Source of the DNA: Mobula hypostoma
Taxonomy: Eukaryota
Assembly: GCF_963921235.1 (NCBI RefSeq)
Contig: NC_086097.1
Coordinates: forward strand, 34,350,001 to 34,414,000
Reading direction: 5' to 3'
DNA length: 64,000 nt
Shown here one piece after another: positions 12,726 through 24,480 of this stretch (the stretch's first letter is position 1; every line of letters begins with the position of its first letter). The notes beneath the pieces are model-generated. The model was not told where the DNA came from. It searched no databases and was given only the letters and a program-made list of their open reading frames with translations. A program made the translations under genes and the position numbers.

Positions 12726-13503
12726 GAGTGAGTAAAGTGAACCTTTTAAGCAAGTGTTGTTGTTGTTGTTGTTGTTCGTCCTTCGTAGTCGAAGATGACC
12801 ATGGCTTCAAAGTCAAATGGGAGATTGGTGGCTGTGGGTCCGGAGGTGACTGATGAGGCCAATCCGGGCCCTGAAGGCTCGCCCACATGTGGGACACAAG
12901 TGGGTGGGTGCTGTCGTGTCAGTGGATGCTGGGCTTGTACACAGCACGCTTTCGTTGCACCTCGATGATGCGCCTGACTTCAGCTGCACGGGCTCCTGTG
13001 GTGATCTTGCTGCGCCAAACTGGACGGTCGAGGGCAAGCGTCTCCCACGTGTTGATGTCGACACCCAGGCCTTTGAGGGACGCTTTCAGGCAGTCTTTAT
13101 ACCGTTTCTTCTGCCCCCCCGACTGAGCGCTTGCCCTAACACAGTTCTCCGTACAGCAGCTGTCTGGCATTCTGACCACATGTCCAGCCCACCTGGCTTG
13201 GGCTTTCAGCAGGAGGATGTAGCCCAGCTCGTTCCAGGATTTCCGTGTCGGGGACTTTGTCCTGCCACCTGATGTGGAGGAGTCCGCGGAGACAGCTCAG
13301 GTGAAAGTGGTTGAGCTGTTTGGCGTGTCTGCTGTAGACAGTCCAGGTCTCGCTGGCGTAAAGGAGGGTGGTAAGGACCACTGCACAATAGAACTTCAGC
13401 TTGGTGGTAAGGCTGAGTCCTCTCTGCTCCCAGACGTTCTCACGGAGTCTCCCAAAGGCGGCGCTGGCTTTGGCAATCCTGTTGTTGACCTCAGCGTCTA
13501 TGT

Positions 13504-14901
13504 TCACTGGCGAGAGAGTATGCTGCCCAGGTAGGTGAAGTTGTCGGCTGCCTGGAGGTTCTGGCCCTTCACCGTGATGCGCGGCTCCTGGTATGGCTTT
13601 CCTGGGGCAGGCTGGTACATAACTTCGGTCTTTTTGGTGCTGATAGTGAGACTGAAGTTGTCACAGGCTTGTGAGAAGCAGTCCATTTCACGCTGCATCT
13701 CCTGCTCTGTGCTGGCGTTGAGTGCGCAGTCATCAGCAAACAAGAAGTCTCTGATAACAGTCTCTCGCACCTTTGTAACTGCCTGCAGGTGCCTAAGGTT
13801 GAACAACCTGCCGTCAGTCCTGTACCTGACGTGGATTCCTTCTTCATAGTTACGGAAGGCATCTGTCAGCATGGCAGAGAATACCATACTGAACAGAGTT
13901 GGGGCAAGAACGCAGCCTTGTTTGACGCCATTTGTCACTAGGAAGGCCTCCGACTCGTCGCTGTCATCCAGAACTTTCACCATCATACCGTCGTGGAACT
14001 GCCAGACGATTGTGATGAACTTGCCAAACTTCTCCATGATCTTCCACAAACCTTCTCTGCTGACCGTATCGAAAGCCTTGGTTAGATCGACAAAGGTCAT
14101 GAAGAGGTCGCTGTGTTGCTCCTGGCATTTTTCCTGGAGTTGGCACGCAGCAAAATTCATGTCCGCGGTCCCATGCTCAGCACGGAAGCCGCACTGGCTT
14201 TCTGGGAGCAGACCTTGCTCAAGATGTTGGAGAAGGTGGTTGAGCAGGACACGGGCCAGAATCTTCCCCGCAATAGACAAGAGGGAGATGCCTCGGTGGT
14301 TGTCGCAAGACTGGGGGTTGCCTTTCCTCTTGTAGATGTGGACTATGCTGGCATCTTTCAGCTGTTGCGGGACCTGCCCCTTTTTCCACATGGACTGGAA
14401 GAGTACAGTCAGCTTTTGCATCATGACAGGGCCTCCTGCTTTGTATACCTCAGCAGGGATTGCATCAGGTCCTGGCACTTTGCCACAGGAGAGTTGCTTC
14501 ACTGCCTTCCTGACTTCATCTACTGTGGGGAGGGTGTCGAGGTTCTTGTTGATTTGTACCTGGAGCAGGCAGGCAATGGCCTCGTCGTTGATGTCGGCAG
14601 GGCGGTTAAGGACGTTGTTAAAGTGCTCAGCCCACCGATCCAGAATCTGCTTCTTTTCTGTCAGCAGCTGCTTCTCATCTGCGTTGAGGAGAGGTGAGGA
14701 GCCGGAGGACTGGGGTCCGTATACAGCCTTAAGCACATCGTAGAAGCGCTTTATGTCGTGGCTGTCTGCATAGCCCTGGATTTCATCGGCCTTCTTGCTG
14801 AACCAGCTGTCCTGCATCTCGCGAAGTTTTTTCTGCACCTTTCTTCTTGCGTTGGTAAAGGCATCTTTCTCGGCTAGCGACGTGGGGTCGTTCTGATGCA
14901 C
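13504..14901 (-). pseudogene. RTE reverse transcriptase, largest open segment (465 aa)
   Basis: Contains the RT motifs including LFADD. Bounded by a stop and a frameshift. Confidence 0.9.
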
Positions 14902-15510
14902 TCTTTAATGTTGATGTTTCTCCGTTAGTAGTGCCTGTATTTCTTCATCATTCTCATCGAACCAGACTTGGTTTCTTTGGGTTTCTGGTCCGAGATGTTC
15001 GAGGGCGGTAGTGTAGACAGCGTCTCTGAAGGCCGTCCACTGTTCCTCAACGCTGGTCCCGTCTTCCTGTGGTGTGTCTGGCAGTCTGCCTTCAAGGTCA
15101 TCGATGAATTCTTCTGAAACCCTGCTGCTTTTCAACTTAGAGACATTCAGTCTTTTTGCAGTCTTCTGCCCTTGGGGTCTTCTCATGGGCAGAATGCGAA
15201 GCCTGAACTTGGACACAATGAGGCGGTGGTCGGTCCAGCAGTCGGCACCACACATGGCTCTTGTCACTCTGACATCCATCCTGTCCCTCTTCCTGGTGAT
15301 GATGTAGTCAATCAGATGCCAGTGCTTCGAGCGTGGGTGCATCCATGACGTCTTCTTACGGGTGGGTAGGCGGAACAGGGTGTTGGTGATGACAAGGTCG
15401 TGTGTGGCACATGTCTTGAGGAGCAGAAGGCCGTTGCTGTTACACTTGCCAGTGCCGTGTCTTCCAATGATCCCTTCCCAGGTTTGGTAGTCTGTCCCTA
15501 CTCTGGCATT

Positions 15511-16353
15511 TGTTACGTACCCCGTAACTGGGTTGCCAAACCAGCAGAAATGGATCACTCAGTTGGAGTCTGGAGTACTAGAACTAAGAAAGTTTTATTA
15601 AAGAAATAAGCAACACAGTAATCGAAAGGATAATAAATACAACAGTTCAGCGATGATAAACACACATGTGCACAGAATTAAGATAACAGCATCAATCAAG
15701 CTCTATCGTTGTCTAGGGGTAAATGACCAAATTTCAAAGTGACTCAAAGTTCAGTTCTCAGTAATCGTTGCCATGGCGATGGACAACGTGGGGGAAGAGA
15801 GAGATAGAACAGGAACAACTGATCATTCAGAACGGCTTCACTCACAGACGGGCGAGATTGCTCACAAGCAACTTTTGGGCGGGTCCTTGGTGATGTCACC
15901 TGAGGTCGCCAACTGTGACCCCTCCTCCAGATGCGGTCAATCCTCTGCAGTGAACCCGGCACCCAGGCAAGGGCGGACACACACCGGGTTCCCGCTGATC
16001 GTACCTTTCCACCCTGGTCGTTGTCTGGTACTTCTCACCCACTCGTGAGAAGCGTACCGCTTCCAGGGTCTCGTTACCTCAGGTGGCGTGTGTCCCTGTC
16101 TTAGCGAACCTGTCCCTTTTTATCCCCCTGCTGGGGTATCGCCTGTCCATCACTTCAAACAGTTCAGGGTTCAAAGGGGGGAGCCGCTCCAGACAGCTCT
16201 CTCTCCCACATCCCTTCATTACACATCTCCAGACGCTGTTCCATTGTTCCTTATCTCTCCTTCCCCTGAGGGCAGGTGGCAGACCACTTGCTGATGTCAC
16301 TGATGCTAACCCAGGCCAGCAAACATCTTAATTTTATGTGTATTCTCGTCACA
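15511..16353 (-). mobile_element. Solo LTR (843 bp) inserted in the RTE endonuclease domain
   Basis: Termini tgttacg...cgtcaca (TG..CA imperfect inverted repeat). 4-bp TSD catt at 15507-15510 and 16354-16357. Removing it restores G-F-N-A-R-V-G-T-D. AATAAA on the minus strand near 15594-15599. Confidence 0.85.
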
Positions 16354-16940
16354 CATTGAAGCCCCCGAGAACGATTTGCTTCTCTGACTGTGGGATTGCT
16401 GAGATGAGGGCGTCCAGTTCTTCATAGAACTTGTCTTTAATGTCATCTGGGTTGGTCATGGTGGGAGCGTAGGCACTAATCAGCGTAGCACTCTACTTGT
16501 TTGCAAGTGGGAGCTGAAGTGTCATCAGGCGGTCGTTGATGCTCTCTGGGTGCTTGGTGAGTTTACGGGCGAGGTTAGAATTGATGGCAAATCCCACGCC
16601 TGCTTCCCGTCGTTCAGCGCTGCTGCGACCGCTCCAGAAGAACGTGTATCCACCACTACGTTCTGTCAGCTGGCCCTTGTCTGCTAGGCGCGTTTCGCTG
16701 GGAGCTGTTATGTCCACGTTGTAGCGAGCTAGCTCTTTTACAACCAGTGCAGTTCAAGTGTATCACACATTGACTGTCCTTCACTCTTCTGGTACTCAGA
16801 ATTATGAAGGTTCATTATGTCTGCAGACACTTACTTCAAAATTCTAGCATGCAGTCCCTCGGGTCCTGGTGACCCATCTGGTTTTAGTGCCCAGAGTTTC
16901 TGCAATATTTTAAATTGATTTTATATGTCAATTTTATATA

Positions 16941-17597
16941 TGGTGGATTCTAGTAAATTGGGACTCATTTGGGACAAATACATTTTGGCAAAATTAAGCA
17001 ACTGACCAAATTAGCCAAGTTTCATGGAAATAGTTAAAATGGTATAAAAAGACAAACTACCATTTAACTGAGTAACAAATTATGTATTTAAATTAAATAC
17101 TAAACAAATTAGAACACTACCAATACCACTACAGTATTATAAAACTGTGGAATTCATCTGTGTGTTCTTATGATTGACAGTGAATGAACAAAATCAGCGC
17201 AGACACCTAGTGCAGATAATAAGACTGCCTTCATACAATGCTTGAGATGATTGCATCCTCCAAATCTTCATTTCACTGTAACATTCAAGATACCTCAAAT
17301 TCTTTGCACTTCCTAATTTGTTAAGGTAGTGAAATCATTTCATTTTCACTCACAGCCATTTCTGGCATCCCCAAGCTTGAATGATTGAAACCACAGTGAA
17401 CAAAACGGTTCCGAATTGTCTTACCGCTCATTTCTTGCCAACTATTTGTGACAAACACACACTTTTGAACACAAACACACGCAACTGATACTATTTAAAA
17501 ACTGATTGCTCTAAGCACAGTATAGTGTCTTTTGGCCAAGCAAGTGCACACAACTGATGCCAATTAATTGTTGGCCTAGTTAATCGGAATCCAATGT
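16941..17597. mobile_element. pogo/Tigger-like non-autonomous DNA transposon
   Basis: TA-flanked with imperfect TIRs (tggtggattctagtaaattggg / cctagttaatcggaatccaatg). A second copy lies at 3629-3900. Confidence 0.6.
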
Positions 17598-17940
17598 ACT
17601 CATTGGCATGTACCTTTTAAATCCATGTTCCTCATGCATTTTATCACCAATGCCATTAGTACCATATTTGTCTTCTTCAGCATTTACTCTACCTACTCCT
17701 TAACCTGAAGTACTTCATGTACAAAGGCACTTGGGCCTCTAAACAGCAACACATTCAACTGCTGAGAATTTTTAAAACTTTCCTTTTCTTATTTGTTCAA
17801 CGAAGGTGAGCTCTCATTCTTCACATTATATTCCATCAAATACCTGCCTAAACCCCATTGAATCTTCTCCGTATCATCCTCACAGCCCACACAGTCACCT
17901 AGCTTCACATCATCAACAAAACTGGACATATTACTCATGA

Positions 17941-18056
17941 CACAAGGAAATCTGCAGATGCTGGAAATTCAAGCAACATACACAAAAAATGCTGGTGAAT
18001 GTAACAGGCCAGGCAGCATCTATAGGAAGAGGCACTGTTGACATTTTGGGCTGAAG
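17941..18056 (-). mobile_element. Penelope-like pLTR fragment
   Basis: Reverse complement of the agatgctgcctggcctg...gaatttccagcatctgcag repeat. Confidence 0.8.
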
Positions 18057-18061
18057 GCTGA

Positions 18062-18724
18062 GGAGGGGAGGAGAAGATGGTGGCGTGACGCAGTGCGCGC
18101 GGCCGCCCCGAAATGATATTGTATTTGTAAGTAGGTACCGTGCACAATCCTGATTTAATGGAGACAGATGTGAGAAGCATGGAGGAACATCTGGAGTAAC
18201 TTCTGAAATGCCCGTTTCGCTGCCGCTGCTACTGTGTGATCCAGAATCTCCGGAGGGGAAGGCCCCAAATCCTCGGCTTTGCCTGTTGCCTGTTGCTGGG
18301 GCCGGGGCCGAAGCGCTCGGCAGAGATGGTGCTCGGTGCTCGGTGTCAGAGGGTTGGTCGGAGGCTTGAAGTTTTCGGACAGACTCAGAGTCGGGTGCTT
18401 CCAGGGTGCTGCATCGGCAAGTTTGTGGCGCTGGAGGTTCATGGCAGGGAGAGTTTTTCTACCTTCTACCGTCTGGTGAGATGATGGGACTTTCGGGAGA
18501 CTTTGAGACTTTTTTTTACCGTGCCCATGGTCTGTTCTTCATCAAATTATGGTACTGCTTTGCACTGTTGTAACTATATGTTATAATTATGTGGTTTTTG
18601 TCAGTTTTTCAGTCTTGGTTTGTCTTGTGGTTCTGTGATATTATTCCGGAGGAACATTGCATCATTTCTTAATGCATGCATTTCTAAATGACAATAAAAG
18701 AGGACTGCATGTCCTCCTAATCTA
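18062..18724 (+). mobile_element. Non-autonomous ORF-less retroelement, family A (apparently full length)
   Basis: Collinear with 31217-31838 and 58868-59103. Starts gagaagatgg(t/c)ggcg; ends aaatgacaataaa, a gaggac-N5-gtcctc hairpin and a taatc tail. Confidence 0.75.
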
Positions 18725-19338
18725 ATATTACACATGATCTCCTTATCCAAATTATTGATATAGATTTCGCATGGCCCTTAACTGACATCTGTGCACCCCA
18801 CTGGTCACAAACTCCAAACACAAAATGACTGCCTTATTCATTGTCTCTGTTTAAATATTTCTCACTCCATGGCAGCATATTATATCCAAAACTGCACATT
18901 TCAAGTTTTATTTAATAATATTTGTGGTATTTAATACAGGCACCTCAGGAGTTCATATACACCACATCATGACAGACCTGCTGGCATTTCCTGCATTTTT
19001 TTTTGTTTCAGATTTCCAGCAAATGCAGCCTTCAGCACCTCACAGTTCCAATGTGTTCTGCCGTCTCTTTCTTTCTCTATATCCATTGACATCGACAGCA
19101 ATTATGTTACCTGGACAACCTTGTTCTCCACTCTTTCACAGACATTCAAAGATTCCCAACATCCCAGACATACCATCTTGGAACAGTGAGCTGCCAGTCC
19201 TACAACTAAGTCTTGCTAATGGCCACGATGTCATACCCCTTGCATTGAAATAGATACAAATCAGAACATTAGTCCCACCACGCGCAATCTTTCAATTCCT
19301 GTCTTTGCATGCAAGCGTAACAACATCTTTCCCTACAA

Positions 19339-20477
19339 CAGGGGTCCCAAACCTTTTTTGCACCGCAGACCGGTTTAATATTGACAATATTCTTGTGGAC
19401 TGGCCGACCCGGGGGTGGGGGGGCGGTGGAGGTTGTTAATCACAACCGGAATATAGGTGATGGGTCAACTATAAGTCACTTATAAATGGCTAATACACTC
19501 AATTTCGTTTCTAAAGGGGTTTATCTAACAAAATATTAAACACACAGCGCATATTTTCCTCGCATGAATATAGTGATGTCAATTATAACAGTGGTTACCA
19601 ACACTCGGGCCGCGGACCGATACATTGCCGTGAGGGGTGCAGCGGTGGCCGGAATGCACCCAGCACACTTTTAAGTAAAAAACCAAAATAAACAAGCTAA
19701 TTGATTAGGTACTGCCAGGCACCTAATTAATTAGCTTGTTTATTTCGTTTTTTTTCTTAAGGATGTGCTGGGTGCGTTCTGACTACCACTGCACCGCTGC
19801 ATTCTTCGTGGCCTGGAGGTTGGGGACCACTAAATTATAAGTCGATAGCATCATAACATTTTAAGTAACGTTTGGATATTAAACACACAGCACATATTTT
19901 CCTCGATGAACATATAAAATCATTGCAACACACCAATATCGCTGAATCAGTGGGAGCCCTGAGCTTGTTTTCCTGCAACAAGACGGTCCTATCGAGGAGT
20001 GATGGGAGACACCGATACTCGAAGGGGGTTCTTTATGTCCAGTCTATTCTGAAATTTAGTTTTCGTTGCATTCATTGCAGAAAACTCCGCTTTGCAGAGA
20101 TACGATGTTGAAAATGGAAGCAATGCTTTCAGTGCTTTCGTGGCTATCTCAGGATATTCAGCCTTGACTTTGATCCAGATTGCCGGCAGAGATGTTATGT
20201 TAAACATACTTCTCAGCCCACCGTCATTTGCAAGCTCGAGGAGTTGATCTTTTTCCCACGCTGACATGGATGATTCACCAGAAACATTCACAAATGGGTC
20301 ACGGACCCACTCCTTTGCACGTCTTGGGTCATTTGCATCTTGGGTCACTGATGACCTCGCGTGCGTTCAAGTTCAACAGTGGGCGTGACAGGGAATGAAG
20401 AAAGGTGCAGCTGACTCATATCGTTTCCTCGCGGCCCGGTAGCACATGATTTGCAGCCCGGTGGTTGGAGACCACTG
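19339..20477 (-). mobile_element. Internally deleted hAT (Charlie/MER1-like) DNA transposon
   Basis: TIRs caggggtcccaaacc / ggttggagaccactg. 8-bp TSD ccctacaa (19331-19338) / ctctacaa (20478-20485). ORF 19989..20348 encodes the hAT C-terminal dimerisation region (WIKVKAEYPEIATKALKALLPFSTSYLC..FS). Confidence 0.9.
19589..19832. mobile_element. 244-bp hAT MITE with a long internal palindrome, nested in the hAT above
   Basis: TIRs cagtggttaccaac / gttggggaccacta. Perfect 8-bp TSD aattataa at 19581-19588 and 19833-19840. Inverted arms 19637-19710 and 19721-19794. Confidence 0.85.
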
Positions 20478-21459
20478 CTCTACAACCATTCCTCTATCTG
20501 TTCTGGCACTCCGGTTCCCATCCCCCTACAACCCTGCTTAACCCCCAACCCTCCACAGTGTGCAACACGAGCAAACCTTCCCTCTAGGATATTAGTCCCC
20601 CTCCAGTTCAGGAGCAAACTGTCCTTTCTGTACAAGTCCCACCTTCCCTGGAAGAGAGCCCAATGATCCAAAAATCAGAAGCCCTCCCTCCTGCACCATC
20701 CCCTTAGCCACATGCTAAACTGTATGATCTTCCCATTTCTGGCCTCACTAGCCCACATGCCACAGCTAGCAATCCTTAGAACACAAGCCAGGTGATCCTG
20801 TCCTTTAACTAAGCAGCTAACTCCCTGAACTCCCTTTGCAAGACCTCATCATCCCTCCTACGCATGCCATTGGTAATGAGGTGATCCATGACCTCTGGCT
20901 GCTTACCCTCCCACTTAAGAATGCCGTGGACTCAATCTGAGATATCCCAGATCCTGGCACCAAGGAGGGAAAGAAAACCCATTCAGTAATCTTGTCCTCA
21001 TCAACTCCTTTCTGTACCGCTAAACAACGATTCCCCTATGACCACAGCTCACCTCTTCTCCCCACTTCCCTTCTGAGGTACAGAGCCAGACTCAGTGCTA
21101 GAGACCTGACTACTGTGGCTTTCATCTGCGAGATCATCCACCCAACGGTATCTAAAGCAGTGTAGAGGGAAACTGCCACAGAGGTACTCTGCACTGGCTG
21201 TCTATCCCCTTTCCACCTCCTGACAGTCACCCAGTTACACGTGTCCTGCACCATGGCTGTAATTATCCCTCCCCCTCCCATATGTCCTATTGATCAACTC
21301 CTCAGCCTCCCAAATGATCCAGAGTTTATCTATCTTCAGCTCCATTTCCTTAATACGGTCTGAAAGAAGCTGGAAGCACTTCTCGCAGATGAAGTGGTTA
21401 GGGACACTGGAGGTCTCCCTGCCTTCGCACATCTCGCAAGAGGAGCATTCCACTATCCT

Positions 21460-21660
21460 CAGCAGGCCAGGTAGCATCTATGGAACAGAGTGAACAGCCG
21501 ACATTTCACCCCGAGACCCTTCCACCGTCCTGATGAAGGGTCTCAGCCCAAAATTTCGATTGTTTACTCTTTTCCATAGATGCTGACCTGCTGAGTTCTT
21601 CCAGCATTTTGTGTGTGTTGCTTTGGATTTCCAGCATCTGCAGATTTTCCTATGTTTGTG
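21460..21660 (+). mobile_element. Fold-back Penelope pLTR insertion
   Basis: Inverted pLTR piece followed by a sense pLTR with ctgatgaagggtctcagccc. 13-bp TSD attccactatcct / attccacaatcct at 21447-21459 and 21661-21673. Confidence 0.85.
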
Positions 21661-21829
21661 ATTCCACAATCCTGCCTGGCATCCCCACTGCACTAACCTT
21701 GCATTAAAAAAAATTAAATGAAATGAGCTTTCACCTCTCTTTGCTAAAGCCTGAACTCCCTACTCTAACACTGGCCCACTCACACAATAGCTGCTGCACT
21801 TAAAAGTAACTCCTTTTTATTGGCCCTTG

Positions 21830-22523
21830 TTCGGACGTTAAGTCGAGTCTGACTCTTCGTGACCTCATAGACACCTGCACACCAAGCCTTCTTGTTGGAA
21901 ACTGCCTCTCTAAGATCCCCCAAGGTCATACACATTGTCTGAGTAATATTACCTATTCATTGTAGCCTCTGTCATCCTTGCCTTCTTTTACCTTCTGTTT
22001 TACCTAACATGAGAGTCTTTTCCAATGAATCCTGTCTTCTCATGATATGGCCAAAATATTTGAGCTTCTGTCTCATAATCAAGCCTCTTAGTGAGCAGTC
22101 TGGCTGTATTTTTTCAAGTATTGACTTGTTGGATCTTCTTGCTGTCCAATGAACTCTTAACACTTTTCTCCAGCATCCAAGTTCAAAGGCGACGATTCTC
22201 TTGTACTCAGCCTTACTAAAAGTCCAGCTCTCACAGCCATACATCACAACCAGAAGTACCATGGACTTGACTATACGGATCTTCGTAGCCAATGTTATGT
22301 CTCTGCTCTTCAGTATTTTATCCAAATCTGCCATTGCTGCTCTCCCCAGAAGTAAACGCCGTTTAATTTCGTGGCTGCAGTTACCATCTATAGAAATTAT
22401 TAAACTGAGGAGGACAAAATCCGTCACTGCTTCCACTTCCTTTCCACTTATTACCATGGAGTTAATAAGGTTGGTCGACATAATCTTGGTTTTCTTACTA
22501 TTGAGCAACAAGCCAGCTTTTGC
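21830..22523 (-). mobile_element. 5'-truncated BovB-like RTE LINE
   Basis: ORF 21972..22556 contains EIKRRLLLGR..LKSRDITL.TK.RIVK...VVMYGCESWT...WTARRSNKSIL...DSLEKTLMLGK.EG. BovB-type 3' end agtcgagtctgactcttcgtgacc. TSD attggcccttg / atttgcccttg at 21819-21829 and 22524-22534. Confidence 0.85.
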
Positions 22524-23689
22524 ATTTGCCCTTGCCAAGTGCTTAATTGTGCACACTCCAACATCTCCTCAGCAACAGTGGCGCGCAAAATGTCCCGACT
22601 GCTCCCACTGGCTTCTTTTGAAATCTGTCTCCTGCTATGCTATCCAACATCTCCTCAGGAACTGTGGTGCACAGAATGTTGGCTCTTGTTCTCAAATGCT
22701 GCTTGATCTGCTCAGTGTGTCTGGCATTTTCTGTATTGTTTCAGACTTCCTGCATCTGCAGCTTTTTGTTTCAATAACCTGTTTGTTTCTACAGCTCACA
22801 AACTAATTAATTTGACTCCATGAATTCAGGCTGCGCACTTTTACTGCTTGTTTGGTTTGCCAAAATGACATGCAGATAGAAGCCCCAACAGATTATTTAT
22901 CGCATTTATTTATTGTTGCGGGAACCTCTGATTCCCTAAATTCTACCTACTGTTTTTCATTATCACCACTGTTTATGGGCTTAAATATAACTCCCACAAA
23001 TTTCTCCTCCATACTGTATCCTAACCTCATCCAAAATGATTCTCATTGATCTCCTGAGCTAAGATCATTCCTCTCTACTGCTTTTCTTTATCCGGACTCA
23101 GGTCTTTAACATACTATATTCTTTTCCACTTTGCCCTTCTATTCTAAAAGAGAAGTATTCTAAAACATTGAATTCCTAGTCTCTGTAATAGTAATTAAGT
23201 GGCACTCTGTCATTTCTAGTTATTAACTCAGTTAATTTGCTGAAATGCTGGATGCATTGTGATAAAAGACCTACAATTTTTTCTCCCTTTACTATTTTTT
23301 CCCTGTTCTGACTCTAATTGGACATTTTTATGGATTGTCCCTCCATGACAGATTCCAGAGTACATTATCGCTACCATGGACCGTCACTTTGTCTTTTCTC
23401 TTTAACTTTCCAAATTTACACCCAGTAGGACCTCCTCGCACCATTCTGTATACTGTAACCCACCCCCTTAATTGTCAGTTATTTTAAAGTCTCATATGAA
23501 AACCTGGATATTTCATTCACAAGGACCCTGGTCCCGGCTTGATTCAAATGAAGTCTGTCCCAAGGAAACTGCTCCCTCTTTCTCCCTTATGGACTAATGC
23601 CCCATGAAATTAAACCCTTATACCAGCCTTGCAACCATGCTTTCGAGTTTTTTTATTTACCCTCTGCCAATCTGCACTGATTTCAGGTG

Positions 23690-24480
23690 TTATTGCAGAA
23701 ATTACACAACGGTGGTGGGGCTCATCACAATATTTAGACAGCCTACAGTACTCACACACCCCCTTTACATTGGTGGTATAACAGTGGAAGCCACGGGTAC
23801 TTTCAAACTCCTGGGAGTGCACATCTCGCACAAACTCTCATGGTCCCAGGACACATTCCATACAATCAAGAAAGCTCACCCACACCTCTGCTTTCTGAGG
23901 AGACTGAGGAGAGCTGGACGATACACATCAATACTCACATTATTCTGCATATGCACAGTAGAGAGCATCCTAACATGCTGCATCACTGCATGGTACGGAA
24001 ACTGGACTGGCAGGCTCCACAACAGGAAGCCAAAACTGCCAAACACATTAACAGCACTAGCTTACCTGCCATCAAGGACATGTATACAGAAAGGTGTCAG
24101 AAATGGGCCACTAACATCACGAAGGATCCTACCCACCCTGTTCATGGACTGTTGTCCCACTCCCGTCAGGGAGGAGGCTATGTAGCATCCATGCCAGGAA
24201 CATCAGACTCAAAAACAGTAACTTTCTCCAAGCAGTAAGGCTGATCAACACTTCTCCCCAGTAACCCACCCCTTCAAACTCCCAACCGCCACAACTTTAT
24301 CTTTTCTTGTCAGTCACTTTGTGTACAGACACTTGCGTGCCTAGTGTCACTTCATGGACATAACGATCAATCTATTATCCATAAGTATTGTGTTTTTATA
24401 TGCTGCATCGGATCCAGAGTAACAATAATTTCATTCGCCTTTACTATTGTGTAATGACACTAAACAATCTTGAATTGTAT
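23690..24480 (+). mobile_element. Rex1/Babar-type LINE 3' part
   Basis: ORFs 23604..24185 and 23840..24238 (FKLLGVHIS..LSWS; CTVESILTCCITAWYGN; KDPTHPVHGL). Confidence 0.8.

Larger units (their letters stand above)
12758..16754 (-). mobile_element. Near full-length RTE-clade LINE (AP endonuclease plus RT), slightly 5'-truncated, pseudogenised
   Basis: Endonuclease motifs ELARYNVDI, GGFNARVG, WHLIDYI, TDHRL. RT motifs RGISLLS, FVDLTKAFD, GVKQGCVLAP, LFADD. C-terminal CPTCGRAF...LISHLRTH zinc finger and (CAA)n tail. 7-bp TSD caagtgt at 12751-12757 and 16755-16761. Confidence 0.95.
19150..21818 (-). mobile_element. CR1 5' region (ORF1 zinc finger and esterase domains) interrupted by hAT and Penelope insertions
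   Basis: ORF 21235..21477 (VECSSCEM...FICEKC.QLLSDRIKEMELKID) and ORF 20480..20671 (WALFQGRWDLYRKD.L.LNWRGTNIL). Confidence 0.75.

Noticed and set aside
12756..12776. (TTG)n / poly-Cys ORF 12653..12853
   Set aside because: It is the (CAA)n 3' tail of the RTE element.
12853..15609. Numerous plus-strand ORFs of 70-194 aa
   Set aside because: Antisense shadows of the GC-rich RTE ORF; no independent coding evidence.
22201..22806. 201-aa plus-strand ORF
   Set aside because: Antisense of the BovB-like fragment running into a Penelope remnant.
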